The notes under the pieces are model-generated. The model was not told the origin of the DNA. It worked only from the letters and a program-made list of their open reading frames with translations, and searched no databases. Shown here piece after piece: positions 29,298 through 43,222 of a stretch of 64,000 nt of DNA (positions are counted from its first letter, which is position 1; every line of letters starts with the position of its first letter). Source of the DNA: Octopus sinensis (lineage: Eukaryota); contig NC_043012.1 in assembly GCF_006345805.1 (NCBI RefSeq), positions 38,688,001-38,752,000 on the forward strand, written 5' to 3'. A program made the position numbers and the translations under genes.

Positions 29298-29615
29298 CGG
29301 AGACTAAGAAAGAGCGGAGGGAGTGCCGCCAGTATCAATAATCACATCAGCAATACGACGCCATCACAAATTTGGGTGAGTCACGAACGGTGACGGTTTA
29401 GAAACACGCGCCGTTTTGTTGCAGCAAAAGCGCATACCTGTAATTATCTATACTTACATATAAACTTGAGCATTGATATATATATATATATATATATACA
29501 AACTCACACGCACAAATACACACACTCATTTATAACTGCATCTCCAGTTTCCTTCTTAGAAGGAGAAGCTATTGGAGCAATTTTGTGAAAACTAGAATTC
29601 CTCATATTATTATTA

Positions 29616-29725
<110 letters not shown>

Positions 29726-29741
29726 TTATTATTATTATTAT

Positions 29742-29855
29742 TCGGTAGTCTTATTTATATCACGTGCTTTCACTGCACTGCCGGGTCCAGCTTTGTGTGC
29801 CTTGGGTATGTGCTGTGGTTTGTTGTTATGCTCTTAATTTTACTGTATTGAAATA
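29742..29855 (-). mobile_element. R4/Dong family A, 3' UTR only
   Basis: Reverse complement of cacagcacatacccaaggcacaca...gtgaaagcacg...actaccga, followed by (TAA)n on the minus strand. Confidence 0.88.
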
Positions 29856-29861
29856 TTTTAG

Positions 29862-31500
29862 TAGTGCACGTTCGGTCGATCAAGGATGCACACTCTCACC
29901 CCTTCTCTAAGTACTGGCATTCGAGCCATTACTACGGAAGCTGGAGGTTTCGAAGGGCATCCCGCGTGAACTGCGATGCAGAAGATTCGTGTTGGAGTAG
30001 ACGGACGACGTACCATGATATTTTCGGACATCTCGAAAATCAAGAGGGTCGACACTACCCTAAGGGAATGCGAAGCGGTGGCAGCAATGATCAACCAGAA
30101 GTCAGTGGGACTGCAGCTCGGGTACCTGGAGGAGCAGGCCTAAGCCAACCGGCAGCGTAGTGGGGCGCTGGACAGAAGGACCTGTTAAGTTGCTCGGGGT
30201 CTGGTTCAGTCCGGATCTGAAAGTGGACAAGAATTGGGGCTAGGCGACAGACCTTGAAAGGTCGGGCGGAGGTGGCGGACGCGTAAATCGCATCCGTCAT
30301 ATACTACCACCTGACTTGTCCTGCTTCGTGGCTGAACGGACTGGTGCGTTTGCTTTTCCGTTTCCTGTGGAAGGGACAGGTACCGCTTGTCAGACTACCA
30401 TTGCGTGGAGAAGTGGGGATGTCGTGGCTGAGGATGCGGCATCTACAGTGATACTTTAACGGTGAGCAGGTGTGGTCGCCGTTTGTTGAAAGCGCTTTTT
30501 CTGCAGCTTGTCTCCTTGACGGAGCCTCAGTCCTGTATCAGGCATAGACTGAGACAGGGCACTTGGCACCTAGAGTGTCTCGAAGTGCTAAGCGCCCTCG
30601 GCCAGACGGGCAATGCGGTCAGTGGAAGTTCCACCTTGACATTATATAGAGGATTAGAAGAAGGTAAGAGTAACGACTTACTCTGAGTGGTACTGGGCGT
30701 CGCGGGGGATCAACTGCCTGGTCTCTTATGGAGGACCTTCGGGCCGGGAACTATGGATAACTTCCAGAAAGCTCCGGCATGGCAGTTGTAGCGGGGTCGC
30801 TGGAAGTTTGTGATAAGCTCTACAGGGAAGGAGGCGCCGTCAATCGGGCGTGTCTGAAATGCACGGGAAGCGATGAAACCGATCTGCATGCTCTCGTACA
30901 GTGTCCGCCCATTGCTGAATTCTGGAGTTTTGTCACGTGTAGGACGGATCCGTCTATCATCCGAGTCTATTGTGAAAATCGCGCCGCATTTTTCCTTCGA
31001 TCGGGTAGGTAGGGAAATAATTGTCTGTCTGGTGGCTATGCCAAAACAGATTTTGTAGTGGACGAGATTGAAAGGGTTGAAGACGGGTACCTTCCTCTTT
31101 GGCCAAGACCTCATTGATTTTTCAGGATCTGCCTGAAAAGTGAAGTGAGGCTGGAGAGAGAGATACTGTCACTCAGTAAGTGTGTTGCAAGGTGGATAAA
31201 TGTGGCAAGAATAGCCCGCGTGAATAGGCCTACTCTATGTGTCCACCTGTAGGCCGGATAGAAGGTGGAAGAGAGGATGCCTTCCTGAGGTGTCGTTGGT
31301 GTTAAGGGGTTCAAAATATGTGAGGTCTCTTTGGCCACCTTCCGGTAAACCACACCTGCGTTTGGGGAAAATATATTGTTGATTTAATATCTTTGTTAAC
31401 CGCTGTGTTTGTTGCCTTTTTACACGTTTAATCTAACTCTCTCGTCTGTGTATAGTCCTCCATGTTTTGTGCTCCGCCCAGGTGGCCAGTAAAGAAAGAA
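29862..31500 (+). mobile_element. Tx1/L1-clade LINE, 5'-truncated and decayed
   Basis: RSVDQGCTLSPLL*VLAFEP (RT motif), *TDDV (decayed YADD), CLKCTGSDETDLHALVQC (CCHC). The 3' end gtggccagtaaagaaaga runs into (ATT)n. Confidence 0.85.
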
Positions 31501-31557
31501 TTATTATTATAATCATTATTATTAGTAGTAGTATTATTATTATCATCATCATCATCA

Positions 31558-31615
<58 letters not shown>

Positions 31616-31623
31616 GATTATTA

Positions 31624-32752
31624 CTTTTTTTTTCTTCTTTCAAATTTGCTTCCATTTCTTCCCGAGTGTCTTCCCGACTCATAGGGCAAAGAAACTCATA
31701 GTATACATTGGTAGGCCATTAAACCAAACTCAGTAGTTCGTTCATTTTTTTTTTTTTTTTTAAGTTAAATTAAAATACATGAGCAGCAACAGTTCTCACA
31801 TCGACAATGCTCTTCTCAATACGTGTGATGTACCAGTTAAGACAATCTTTTGCACTTCTTGCAGGGATGGTAAGCCAGGGATCATTCTCATATAATTTCG
31901 GTTCCCTTCTTGATCATTCCTAGTGCCCCTACGATCACTGGTATTGTAACCGCCTTGAGATGCCACATTTTCTCAATTTCAATGAGTAGGTCTTTATATT
32001 TTCTGAGCTTGTCAAACTCTTTCGCTGAGATATTATGATCACAGGGGATGCTCATGTCGATCAATAGCAAACTTTATTGTTTTGGTCTTTCACAACAATA
32101 TTCTGGTTTATTGGCCTTGATGGTTCGGTCTGTATGTACTGGAAGTCCCACAGAATGGTTACATTTTCTCTTCAGTTACAGCCTCAGGGTGGTGATTATA
32201 CCACTTGTCGGCAGTTTTGATATTGTAATGCCGACTTATTAGCCAGTGGAGATATTGGCCAACTCTGTCATGTCTTAATTTATACTCCACTGGTGCTAAG
32301 ATTTTACATCCAGAAATTAGGTGGTCCACTGTTTCAATCATGTCATTGCTGAATCGGCATTTTGGGTCTGCTCCATTTTTCATCACATTGGCCTGGTAGT
32401 TCCGGGTTAATAGGCTTTGATCTTGAGCAGCCAGGATGAAACCTTCGCTCTCTGCTTTTAGCCCTGAGCTCCGTAGCCACTGATGGGTTTGCTTCTGGTC
32501 AACATCAGCTTGTTTGCTGCGGGTCACATATTTGCCGTGCAGAGGTTTCTCCTCCCACCTATCAGCCAATTGCTCGTGCGCTTTTTTCATTGCTATCATT
32601 TTCACCTTCTTTGCAACAATAGTTGCCGTACTTCGCTCGGGTTGTTCAGTTTGGGTATCCTGCACGAGATCAATAGCAAATTTTTTGCTTTCCTTTGTGA
32701 TAGAATGAAGCTTCTTTCGTCTCTCGTGATTTTCCACGAGCTTTAGCATCCA

Positions 32753-32753
<1 letters not shown>
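31624..32753 (-). mobile_element. R4/Dong-like LINE family B, 5'-truncated
   Basis: KPLHG, WLRSSGLKAESEGFILAAQDQSL, zinc knuckle CRFS...HLISGC, RLE KPDIVV...LIDMSIP. (TAA)n on both sides of the minus strand. Confidence 0.93.
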
Positions 32754-32798
<45 letters not shown>

Positions 32799-32799
32799 A

Positions 32800-32841
<42 letters not shown>

Positions 32842-32851
32842 TAGTACTATT

Positions 32852-32995
32852 GGTAACGCTGGCAGAATCGTTAGCGTATTGGACGAAATGCTTGGTGGTA
32901 TTTCGTCCGCCTGTACGTTCTGAGTTCAAATTCCACAGTGGTCGACTATAGCTTACATCTTTTTGGGATGGATGAATTGAGTACCAGTAAAACAC
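32852..32995 (+). mobile_element. tRNA-derived SINE family 2, 5' part
   Basis: A-box-like tggcagaatcgttag and B-box-like gagttcaaattcc. Preceded by (TTA)n. Confidence 0.8.
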
Positions 32996-33002
32996 TCCTC
33001 CT

Positions 33003-33003
33003 C

Positions 33004-33035
<32 letters not shown>

Positions 33036-33150
33036 CTTCTTCTTCTTCTTCTTCTTCTTCTTCTTCTTCTTCTTCTTCTTCTTCTTCTTCTTCTCCTCCT
33101 CCTCCTCCTCCTCCCTCCTCCTCCTCCTCCTCCTTCTTCTTCTCCTCCTT
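33003..33150. repeat. (TTC)n(CTC)n microsatellite
   Basis: Direct inspection. It is the source of the poly-Arg in the 371 aa ORF. Confidence 0.97.
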
Positions 33151-33734
33151 CTGCTTCTATCATTTTCGTCGACGTCTTATTCTTTGTATCATATCGATTC
33201 CGTTTATGTAAACTTAGGGTCAGAAATTGATGGTGAAAACAGTTTTTGGTGAAGAGAACGTCCAGATATCGCATCTAAACGAGAAGTCACTTGACTAACC
33301 TTAACCGAAACGAAGGAAGTAACCCTATCAACGCCAAAGTCTCTCACTCTGATTCTTGACCTCGTGTTTTGGCTGAACGTCGAGAAAGAAGGAAAATCTT
33401 TTGTAATGTTTTCAGAATGGATGGCAATAAATCTTTTATAGAGATTTCTGTAATTCTCTCCGTTTCTGAAGATTGAATAACTTCCGGAATTCTAGAGATA
33501 AGTGTCAACATTTACAATAACGATATATGAAGCTATCATTTCTGCATCATCCATTTTCTCTCTCTCTCTCTTTCTCTCTTTCTCTCTCTCACTGACTTTC
33601 TCTGTCACGGAAACCATATATGAACACACAGATATGCATATATGTGTGTCTACGTGTGTGTGTGTGTATGTTGGTATGTATGTATGTATGTATGTATACA
33701 GTCATAGGTATGAATAGTATCTGGCGCAATGTAA

Positions 33735-33850
33735 TTTCGGGTTCAGTCCCACTGCGTGGAAACTTAGGCGAGTGACTTTTATAATAGCCTCTGGCCTACT
33801 AGTGCCATTTAAGTAAATTTTGTAGACCTATAGTGTGTGGGACCTCGCAT
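33735..33850 (+). mobile_element. Decayed SINE family 1 head
   Basis: gggttcagtcccactgcgtgg...atagcct...tttgtagac. Confidence 0.65.
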
Positions 33851-36033
33851 ATGTGTATTTGTTCCTAAACCACCACCTACCATAAAGTGTGGGTTTGGTT
33901 ACGTCCTCGACGTAAGCGCCTGGTGGGATAAATACCAGACTGAAAAATAAACGAAGCGCAGTCAGGATACACGACGAAGTCATTCAGAGTGCTATCCCAG
34001 CATAGCTGCTGTCCAATGACTGCAGCATGTAAGTGAAATTGCAAAATGAGAACACACACACCCATACACACAGATAAACACACGTACAGAAGCACACACA
34101 TGAAATCGATGATCCATGACCCTTTGGCTTACGTTATTTGAAATAACCTGATTAGAATCTATGACCTTTATTCCCAATTGAGGTTGACTTACTATCCAAT
34201 TGTACCAGTAATTATTTGGGGTTCGCATGTTGTTGTAGCCACGTCCTTCTCCTGATGGAACTACCAGATATTTTACATCAAGAGGAAGAGAGATTTGCCC
34301 CAGAACTTAGCTGATGGTTAATTTAGCGGTTTCGAGAAAACAAAAACCAAAGTTGATCTCGGTAAGATTTGAACCGTGTCAAATCATATGGGATTCTATT
34401 CACTGCGTCGGTTTTGCACAAGTTTGATTATTGAGGCAACGCTGGAATTGTGAGTATGTTGGCCTCAGTTATTATTTTTTTTCTTTTCAAGTCTAGTGAC
34501 AGTATTAGACCTCTTTGTTGAACCGCTATGTTCCAAGACAAAAGGGGATACAACGCACATGTACAGACATGCAGGCATGCACAGACACCAAGCAAGATTC
34601 GCAAGGTAATACTCAACACAGGCCAATAGTACAAAAAACTTTGCGGCGGAGGGATTTACAGTCGATATCAGGTGGTACTGAAGACCGTTTCTTAACAAAA
34701 CAGGAGTATATTTGCTTACGAGTGTATGTATGCATGTATGTATGTATATATGTATTATGTATGCATGTATATATACATGTATGTATGTGTGTGTATATAT
34801 GTATGCATATTATTCTGCGTTTGAGTAATATTTGTTACACATCAGTGCATATGGGAGTTCAGGAGGTATCCGTCTGTGTACACGGGAAGTTTTCAAGCAC
34901 GTGTGTATACACAAACACACACACAAATATATATATATATATATGTATATTAAATAACATATATAATCTAATTTGGATGTGTTTGCTTAGAACGACTTAT
35001 ACAGCGGTAAACGTCTCGAGAAATACCTCATGTAGACGACAATTACTATAGATCATTGACTGGTACAGATATGCACTTTAGTATTCGTCATTTATACAAA
35101 ATAATTTTGTAAGGCGTTCTAAAACAAACACATCTATTTTAGGTTAGAAGAGCTTATTAACATGTAGGAGAGGTGTAAATATATAAGCGTGTGCACGTAT
35201 ATCCCACTGTGTGCTGGCACGAGTCTATATGAGGCTGCATCTCTCTATGTTCCATTGGTTCAAACGTTAACGCAGTCAGTCTATATAATTGTCTGTCGTT
35301 AAGCATTTACTCTGTATTAAGTCCTTGGGCCGATGTGATTTGCAAAAAAAAAAAAAAACTATTGCAGGTAGCGCTGCTGCATGGTCGCGTTTGCTTGACA
35401 GAAATCAAACCAAGAAATGAATGAATAATAATAATGATAGTGCAAAGCCAATGGCCTAGATTCGAAACACAAATACTGATAGGTCTTATCCGTTGTAATA
35501 CAGTGCACGCCTCTAAATGAAGCCATTAGCAATGAATAAATAGTTATTTGAAGAACCACAATTGATCACTTAAACAGTAATGAACTATTAATTAGATAGA
35601 ACACTAAGGTTTCTTTGCACAACATCCACCTCCTCTTACCACCCCTCACCGCCGCCGCTGCCATCTTGTTTGTTTTGACATTGTATTGCTTTGTTGCCTT
35701 CTATGGCTGAAATTCAGCTCTTTTCAGCTGGAGATTAATGTGATTACGGATGGATGTGTGCATATGTGTGTGTGCATATGTGTATGTGTGTGTGTGTGTA
35801 ATGCTTATGTGTTTGTATGCATGTATAAATATACCTATATATATTTATACACAAACACACACACAAGAGAACATATAATGTGGTAAATAGGTGTTTATGT
35901 GTGCATGTGTATATGTGTGAGTGTATGTATGTATGTATATCTACACACACGCACAGACGCACATACAATGTGTACTAGATGCGCTTGTATATATACATAT
36001 ATATATACGTATATACATACGCACACTTTTGTA

Positions 36034-36077
<44 letters not shown>

Positions 36078-37527
36078 TATGTGTATGTTTGTGCGTATGT
36101 ATCGTGTGTGTGTGCATATGTGTGCGTGTGTATGTATGCGACGGTGAGTCTGGTTCTGCCTGTTTATGCCAAAGCTTTTAGGTGAGGCCAACTTTGATTT
36201 TCGTCATTTACAAAGAACAATTGTACGAATGGCTTTCAACAAATTGTTCCATTGTACGCAAAATAAAATATATTGTGTAGTTGTGTCTGCGCTTAAAATA
36301 CAAACACACTCATACACATACATATTGTAGTAGTTATGTGTCATAGGAAATACAAACAAACACACACACACACACATACATATATCGTTGTTGCGTTTTG
36401 CCAAAATTATACGCAACTACACATTGTAGTGGCTGTGTTTACACTTACAATACAAACATAAATACAACCACAGACCCGTACGTACATACGCACACGGATT
36501 CGGTTGTTGTGTCTACACATACGATTCAAACCGAAGCACAAATAAACACAATGCTTTATACGTATACGATACACACACAATCACATACACGTTGTTTATA
36601 GTAGCAGAGTGCACCCAATACATGATACAGAGTAAAATTATATTTATTTGATTCATAACTTGTGCCGTTGCTTCAAGTTTTATGATTGATGCCCCAATCA
36701 GATAAAATCTAGACGTAGAGCAATATTTTCCAAGATGGCGTGTCTGATAAGGACTATAGGACCGCGAAGTGGCTGGAATCGTTAATCTTAGTTCTATTCT
36801 GGAACATTGCTGACATGGAGCTAAACAAAAACAGTAACATCATGAGGTTTTGAAATGTAGTATTTTGGTTAAGTAATCAAAGTACCTATTGATGACACTG
36901 TCATTAGAAGTTTTCTTTCTTCGGTCGAGTTCCAGATTATCGTTGCAATTTCGGCTGGTTATACTCGAGATTGCTCTAATATGGCCAGCCCCAAGGAAAA
37001 AGTTAAGAGCATTTGATCCCTTGGAAGAAAGCAGCGAATGTATACGAAAACAGGCACGGGAAAAAAATGGAGAATGTTATACAAATACAAATAATAGGCG
37101 TCTTTCGACTAAGGACGAATTAGATTAAGCTGGCGTGTGTGGAAATAAAGCCTTAGGGCAGGGATACATGATTTTATAGGCACAGGGATGAATACAGATG
37201 TTGCACGGACGACGGCCGAACCAAGAAAGAAAGATGAGGTTTTGCCGAACACCGGTCACGTGGAGAGAGAATAGAGAATGGTAGAGGCAGAGGGACAGAA
37301 GAATTAAGGAAGAGCGAGAAAAAAAATGACAGTGCCATAATGTAGTGAAATGAGGAGGGAAAATGAGAAAGAAGAAAAGGCAGGGAAATATGAGAGGGGG
37401 GAACGAAAGAACGAAGAGTGGAATGAACGAATAAGTGTGAAAGGGTTGATAGAAAGAAAGAGTAAAGTCGTACAAGATTTAGATAAATATATATTTACAT
37501 ATAAGAGACCAAAGTGTATGTACGCCG

Positions 37528-37560
<33 letters not shown>

Positions 37561-37787
37561 AATATATAATACGAAATGGGACAAGAACGCAAAACATCCA
37601 GACAGTCGGATGATACAAAAAAGGGGACAACAAAACACCCAGACAGACGATACAAAGAACACAAGGACGGGTCTTCACTCCTCAGTCGATTTCCAGATAT
37701 CTTTGTGATTTCGGGTTTGTGTCTATATATATTTATATTATATATATATATTATATACATACATACACAGAATATATATATATACAT

Positions 37788-37849
<62 letters not shown>

Positions 37850-37881
37850 TATATATAGCTATATATATATGTATGTATATA

Positions 37882-39161
37882 CGAGGGACGTTCAATAAGT
37901 AATGCCTCTGACCCACTTGCTGTTGTTTGATCTAGCTGAAATTTTGCATGTGCACTTATTTATACCTCTATAGATTAAGTAGCGAATTACAGCTCTGAAC
38001 TAATTGTGGTTTCTGATTTACAGGTGTTTGAACTGAGTCAAGTGTGAAATGGAGCCTGTTGAGTGTCGAGCAGTGATCCGGTTTTTGTATTTGAAAGGAC
38101 GCACACCACGGGAGACTTTTGATTAAATGAAAGTAACTTATGGTGATGATGCCCCATCATATGACCTTGTAAAACGCTGGCATCGTGAATTCAAACATGG
38201 TCGGAACTCTGTGGAAACAGCTCCCAGATATGGTCGCCCCCTTCTGCCATTGATGAGGCATCTGTCCGTCAAATTGAGGCTGCCATTTTGGAAGATCGAC
38301 GCATAACTATTCGCCAAATAGCCCATGAGGTCAAGATTAGTACCGGGTCTGTGGAAACTATCATTCATGACCATCTGCATATGCAAAAGGTGTCTGCTAG
38401 ATGGATTCCCAGGTTGCTCACGCCTTTCCAGAAGCAAGAACGCGTCGAGTGCCCGAGGGTGAATTTGGAGATGTGCCAAGAATATGAGTCAAAATTTTTC
38501 AAAAGACTGATTACACAGGATGAAACCTGGGTCCATCACGATGATTCAGAGACCAAATCCCTGTCCATGCAGTGGAAACACCGTGACTCACCCCCTCCAA
38601 GAAGGCAAGGGCAGCCCTCCGCTGGCAAGGTCATGCTCACATTCTCTGGGACCAGGACGGAGTAGTGATGACAGATTTCCTGGCAAAGGGTACCACAATT
38701 GCAGGAGCCTATTATGCTTCACTTTTGAGGAAATTAAGAGAAGTTATCAAAATCAAGAGGCGGGGCAAGATCAGCAAAGGCATCCTCCTCCTACAGGACA
38801 ACGCTCCGGTCCACAACTCGCTTGTCGCCAGATCAGAAGCACAGGCGTATGGCTATGAACTCCTCCCCATCTTTCCTGACCTGCACACTCTGACTTTCAC
38901 CTCTTCCCAATCATGAAGTTGTTTTTGAAAGGAAAGCGTTTTCCCAGATGATGCAGCCTTGCATTCTGAAGTCACGTTGAGGTTGGAGGAGACCAAGCTG
39001 GGTTCTTCTACCAAAACGGTCTCCAGAGCCGCATCAAACGATGGGAGAAAATGCGTAACTCTGGTGGTTCCTATGTAGAACAAGACTATAACTGTGCCAA
39101 GTTTCGTTGCTCTACTGCTATGGGAAGTGGGTCAGGGGCATTACTTATTGAACGCCCCTCG
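37882..39161 (+). mobile_element. Mariner (DD34D-type) DNA transposon, full length, inactivated
   Basis: ~39 bp TIRs (cgagggacgttcaataagtaatgcctctgacccactt / aagtgggtcaggggcattacttattgaacgcccctcg), TA target duplication, length 1280 bp. Confidence 0.96.
38049..39085 (+). pseudogene. Mariner transposase with stops and frameshifts
   Basis: MEPVECRAVIRFL..., WIPRLLT, ITQDETWVHH, LLQDNAPVH; stop codon near codon 26. Confidence 0.92.
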
Positions 39162-39532
39162 TATATGTATATGTCAACGTCATAATATGTATTTTTTATT
39201 AATAAGGCCTCTCGAATCGCATCTCATACAGTTATACTGAACAATCTGTCAGTATATCTATTCGAAAGGTATTTTCAACACCAAATTTACATGTTATTAC
39301 TTATAGCACGACACGATGTGCTTCGAGAAACATTATTCCATAAAAAGAATATACATGTTTGCGTATACAAGTAAATATCCCCCCTCCCCCCACACACACA
39401 TCTCTACACGCATATAGCTCCATGTTTTTACATTCATGAAGCATTTATGCTGATTACTTCTCACGTGATTATTCTAGCATGGATTCATAGCTTTATGGAT
39501 TCTATTCATTATTTGAGAAATTTTGATTTCTT

Positions 39533-39607
<75 letters not shown>

Positions 39608-39779
39608 TTCCTATCTTTCTGATTCTCAGTCTCTCTCTTTCCCCCTCACACATTGTCTCTTGCTCGCTCATTCTGCTTCATTACGTCATTGCAAAAGAAT
39701 TATCCTTTCTTTTCTCCATCTCCTTTTCACTACCATTCTCAGCCTGCATACATGTTTATATATATATATAATATATTAT

Positions 39780-39824
<45 letters not shown>

Positions 39825-39870
39825 ATATATGGATGTATGTATATGTTATATATTATATATATATATATAT

Positions 39871-39955
<85 letters not shown>

Positions 39956-40199
39956 CAACACACGCACGCACATGCACAAACACACACAAATATTTCGAAA
40001 GGACGTAACAGACCAACCTAGAAGCAATCGAACATGTATATAAATGTTTGTGTGATTATATGCTTCTGTCTGCGTGGGTGTTTATATAAGTATGTGTCTA
40101 TATATACATACATGTGTGTGACAGTATATCTTTGTATGCCTATATATAATTACATATATATATGAGGATGCATATATATATATATATATATATATATGC

Positions 40200-40232
<33 letters not shown>

Positions 40233-40726
40233 CATACACACATGTGTGTGTACCTGTATATATATACGTATATATATATATCATATAATATATATAACAC
40301 AAACATCGTGGTAGGTATAGAGAGAGTTAAAGCGCTACGTAAATATATACATTACTAGATTGATTACGTACTGGATATTTTGATGCGCTTTTTTTCTTTA
40401 ATTAACAATTGGTTTCTAATTAATTGCTAATTGATATCTATTAAAAAATTAATTTCCAATTAATTATCTATAATAATTACAATAATTCCAGTGAAAAGTG
40501 ATAATATTTCTATAAGGTATACGCCTCGTTTCTTTCCCATCTGTAGTTTCTCACAAACATTCTTCAAGCCTACGTTCACCTAATGAATGAATGAATGTAG
40601 CTTTCTAAGGATTGAGGCTTTCGGCTAGAGTCTCTTTAACGAGTAATATATTCGCGAAGTTGGTGTCTGGAAGACAAGCATCTGCTTGCCATATATCACC
40701 TAATATATATATATATATATATAATA

Positions 40727-40776
<50 letters not shown>

Positions 40777-40870
40777 TATATATATATGTGTGTGGTGTGT
40801 GTGTGGTGTCTCTTATATATGTTTACATAATATATATATATATATATATATATATGATATATATATATAT

Positions 40871-40928
<58 letters not shown>

Positions 40929-41158
40929 TATATATACATACATACATGCATATATATATATATATAATATATATATATATATACATATATATATACATAC
41001 ATACATGCATATATATATATTCCACACACTTGAGAATAGAAGAGTCAACTTACAGCAGAATGTCTCTAAAGATTTCCTGAACAAGGTCTTTTAACCGCGA
41101 AACTTTGAAATAAGAGTTGAAAATACAAACCACACACGCCCACCCACTCACACACATA

Positions 41159-41207
<49 letters not shown>

Positions 41208-41315
41208 TATATATTATATATATAATATATATATATATATATGCATTATATATATATATATATATTTCTTGATGGAATTTTTTCTGTAGAGAAAAACACT
41301 TCATCCTATATTGTA

Positions 41316-41361
<46 letters not shown>

Positions 41362-42000
41362 TATATATATATATATATTATATATATATATACATATATA
41401 TATAGGAAGATGCAAATTGCAGGCGGTAAGTCACGATTATTTGATAAAAATTATACATAGTATAATATATGTTTAGTCACCACTATTTAAACGTTTAGAT
41501 ACTTGGCCGAAAAACAGCAATAAATGTCGACGAAGAAAACTCTTCATAAACCGTTCGTTAATTAGGACTCCGGAATACTGGTTACATCTATTTGTATACA
41601 TAAAACATTCTTTACAGCTCGTTCGTTTTCTGAACTGAATTAGTGACTCATTGACAGCCATACCGATTCAGTGTTGTACCGTAACACGCAATATGGTTAT
41701 AGTTTTAGATATTACTGTATATACACCGGCAGTTGTAAACAATTAGTTTTATGTAAAATATGTTTGCAGAAAAAACAACATGGTTCTTGGTCATCTTTAG
41801 TGAAGCGTGTTATCGGTTCATGCCGTAAAATACAACAAATTCAACATTAAATATAATATAATTAGCGTTGTAACATAAATTTACAAATATGGGCGTTTAG
41901 TAAACAGCCAATTTAGCTTGGTTATATACAATAAACACTAGTTGAACCAAAGAAATGAATTCCTTTGCCTTATTTGCATAACATTGCATGAGTTGGCCTC

Positions 42001-42041
<41 letters not shown>

Positions 42042-42439
42042 AATAAACAACTTTAAAAACGTGACAGCAAATGGAGATAGAAACGAAACTTTTGTGTGTG
42101 GACCTCTGCAACCTGGTATTGTATCTCTGTCTAGGAAATTGAGCAGCCAATCAATAATGAAGCTGTAGGAAGGGGTGGGTCTTATTCAATCAATAGCATT
42201 TACTGGCCACAGAGAGAAAAAAATAAGTGTCATTTAACAGAACTGAGTATTCTTCATAGAATGGCTAAAAAATATGTATTCATTAAAACAAACAGACCCA
42301 TAATTTTTGTTTTTACTTCATTCATCCTGAAGCTACTGAGTGATATTAATTAATTTATTCATATTCACAACCCCGGGAACCTTATGCAAATTAAGCAAAT
42401 TTATTTCGTTCTGCTTTAATTTGCGTTGATATGGTTGCC

Positions 42440-42545
42440 TGGTGAAGACTCTCGCATTGCTGCCATGTGGTCTCGGGGTCAGTTCCAATGCGCAACACAT
42501 TGGGTAAGTGCTTCTAATGTAACCCCAAGCTGACCAATGTCTTGT
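42440..42545 (+). mobile_element. Decayed SINE family 1 head
   Basis: catgtggtctcggggtcagttccaatgcg...gggtaagtgcttct...gaccaatgtcttgtga. Confidence 0.6.
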
Positions 42546-42592
42546 GACTAGAATTTTAACATGGAAACCGATCGTGTGTTTATATGTGTTGT

Positions 42593-42631
<39 letters not shown>

Positions 42632-42636
42632 AAAGA

Positions 42637-42805
42637 AATGATAGAAATGGAACATGGAATACACGGGAAACTTTATTTCCCTCAAGGATAGTTTCGACAC
42701 ATCCTGCGTCGACCCTTCGCGGGGCGGAGCGATGCAGGATGTGTCGAAACCATTGACGTAAGCAATAAATATTTCCGTGTATTCCAATTTCCCGTCCCTA
42801 TCATT
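42637..42805. repeat. Imperfect ~170 bp inverted repeat (fold-back)
   Basis: aatgatag...tggaatacacgg...gtttcgacacatcctgc pairs with gcaggatgtgtcgaaac...ccgtgtattcca...ctatcatt; 20 nt spacer. Confidence 0.85.
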
Positions 42806-43067
42806 TGATTCGTACTCAATACACACTGAGGAATTCCTGAGGTAGATCCAGCTACACCAGTGTAATAGCCAAGGATGGCGTCAGGTACCCATAGACAGTA
42901 AACTTGCTTTATCGGTGTGCTGCTTGGAACATATCCAGCACGATCGAAATACGAGAGTAGAATAACAGCCAACAACTGAAGAAGGGTCGTTTTTTGTGTT
43001 GTTTGTATTGTTTTCGGTGTTCGTATTTTTTGTTGCACACGTTTCGTGACATCCTGTGCCCACATAT

Positions 43068-43127
<60 letters not shown>

Positions 43128-43222
43128 GCGTATAGATATAAGTATGTATGTATAAAAGTACATATATATATATATATGCGTATATACGTATGTATATATG
43201 CATATATATATATGTATATATA

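Noticed and set aside
32159-33274. 371 aa ORF as a single protein
   Set aside because: It is a chance read-through of (GAA)n, a SINE, (TAA)n and a truncated Dong B fragment.
36731-36783. YY1-like CAAGATGGCG starting a short ORF (MACLIRTIGPRSGWNR*)
   Set aside because: A single motif with a 16-codon ORF, no convincing splice donor and no other promoter evidence.
41077-41110. CTGAACA-AGGT-CTTTT-AACC-GC-GAAAC
   Set aside because: The core is mismatched and the stem is imperfect. It could be a decayed pLTR but is not supportable.
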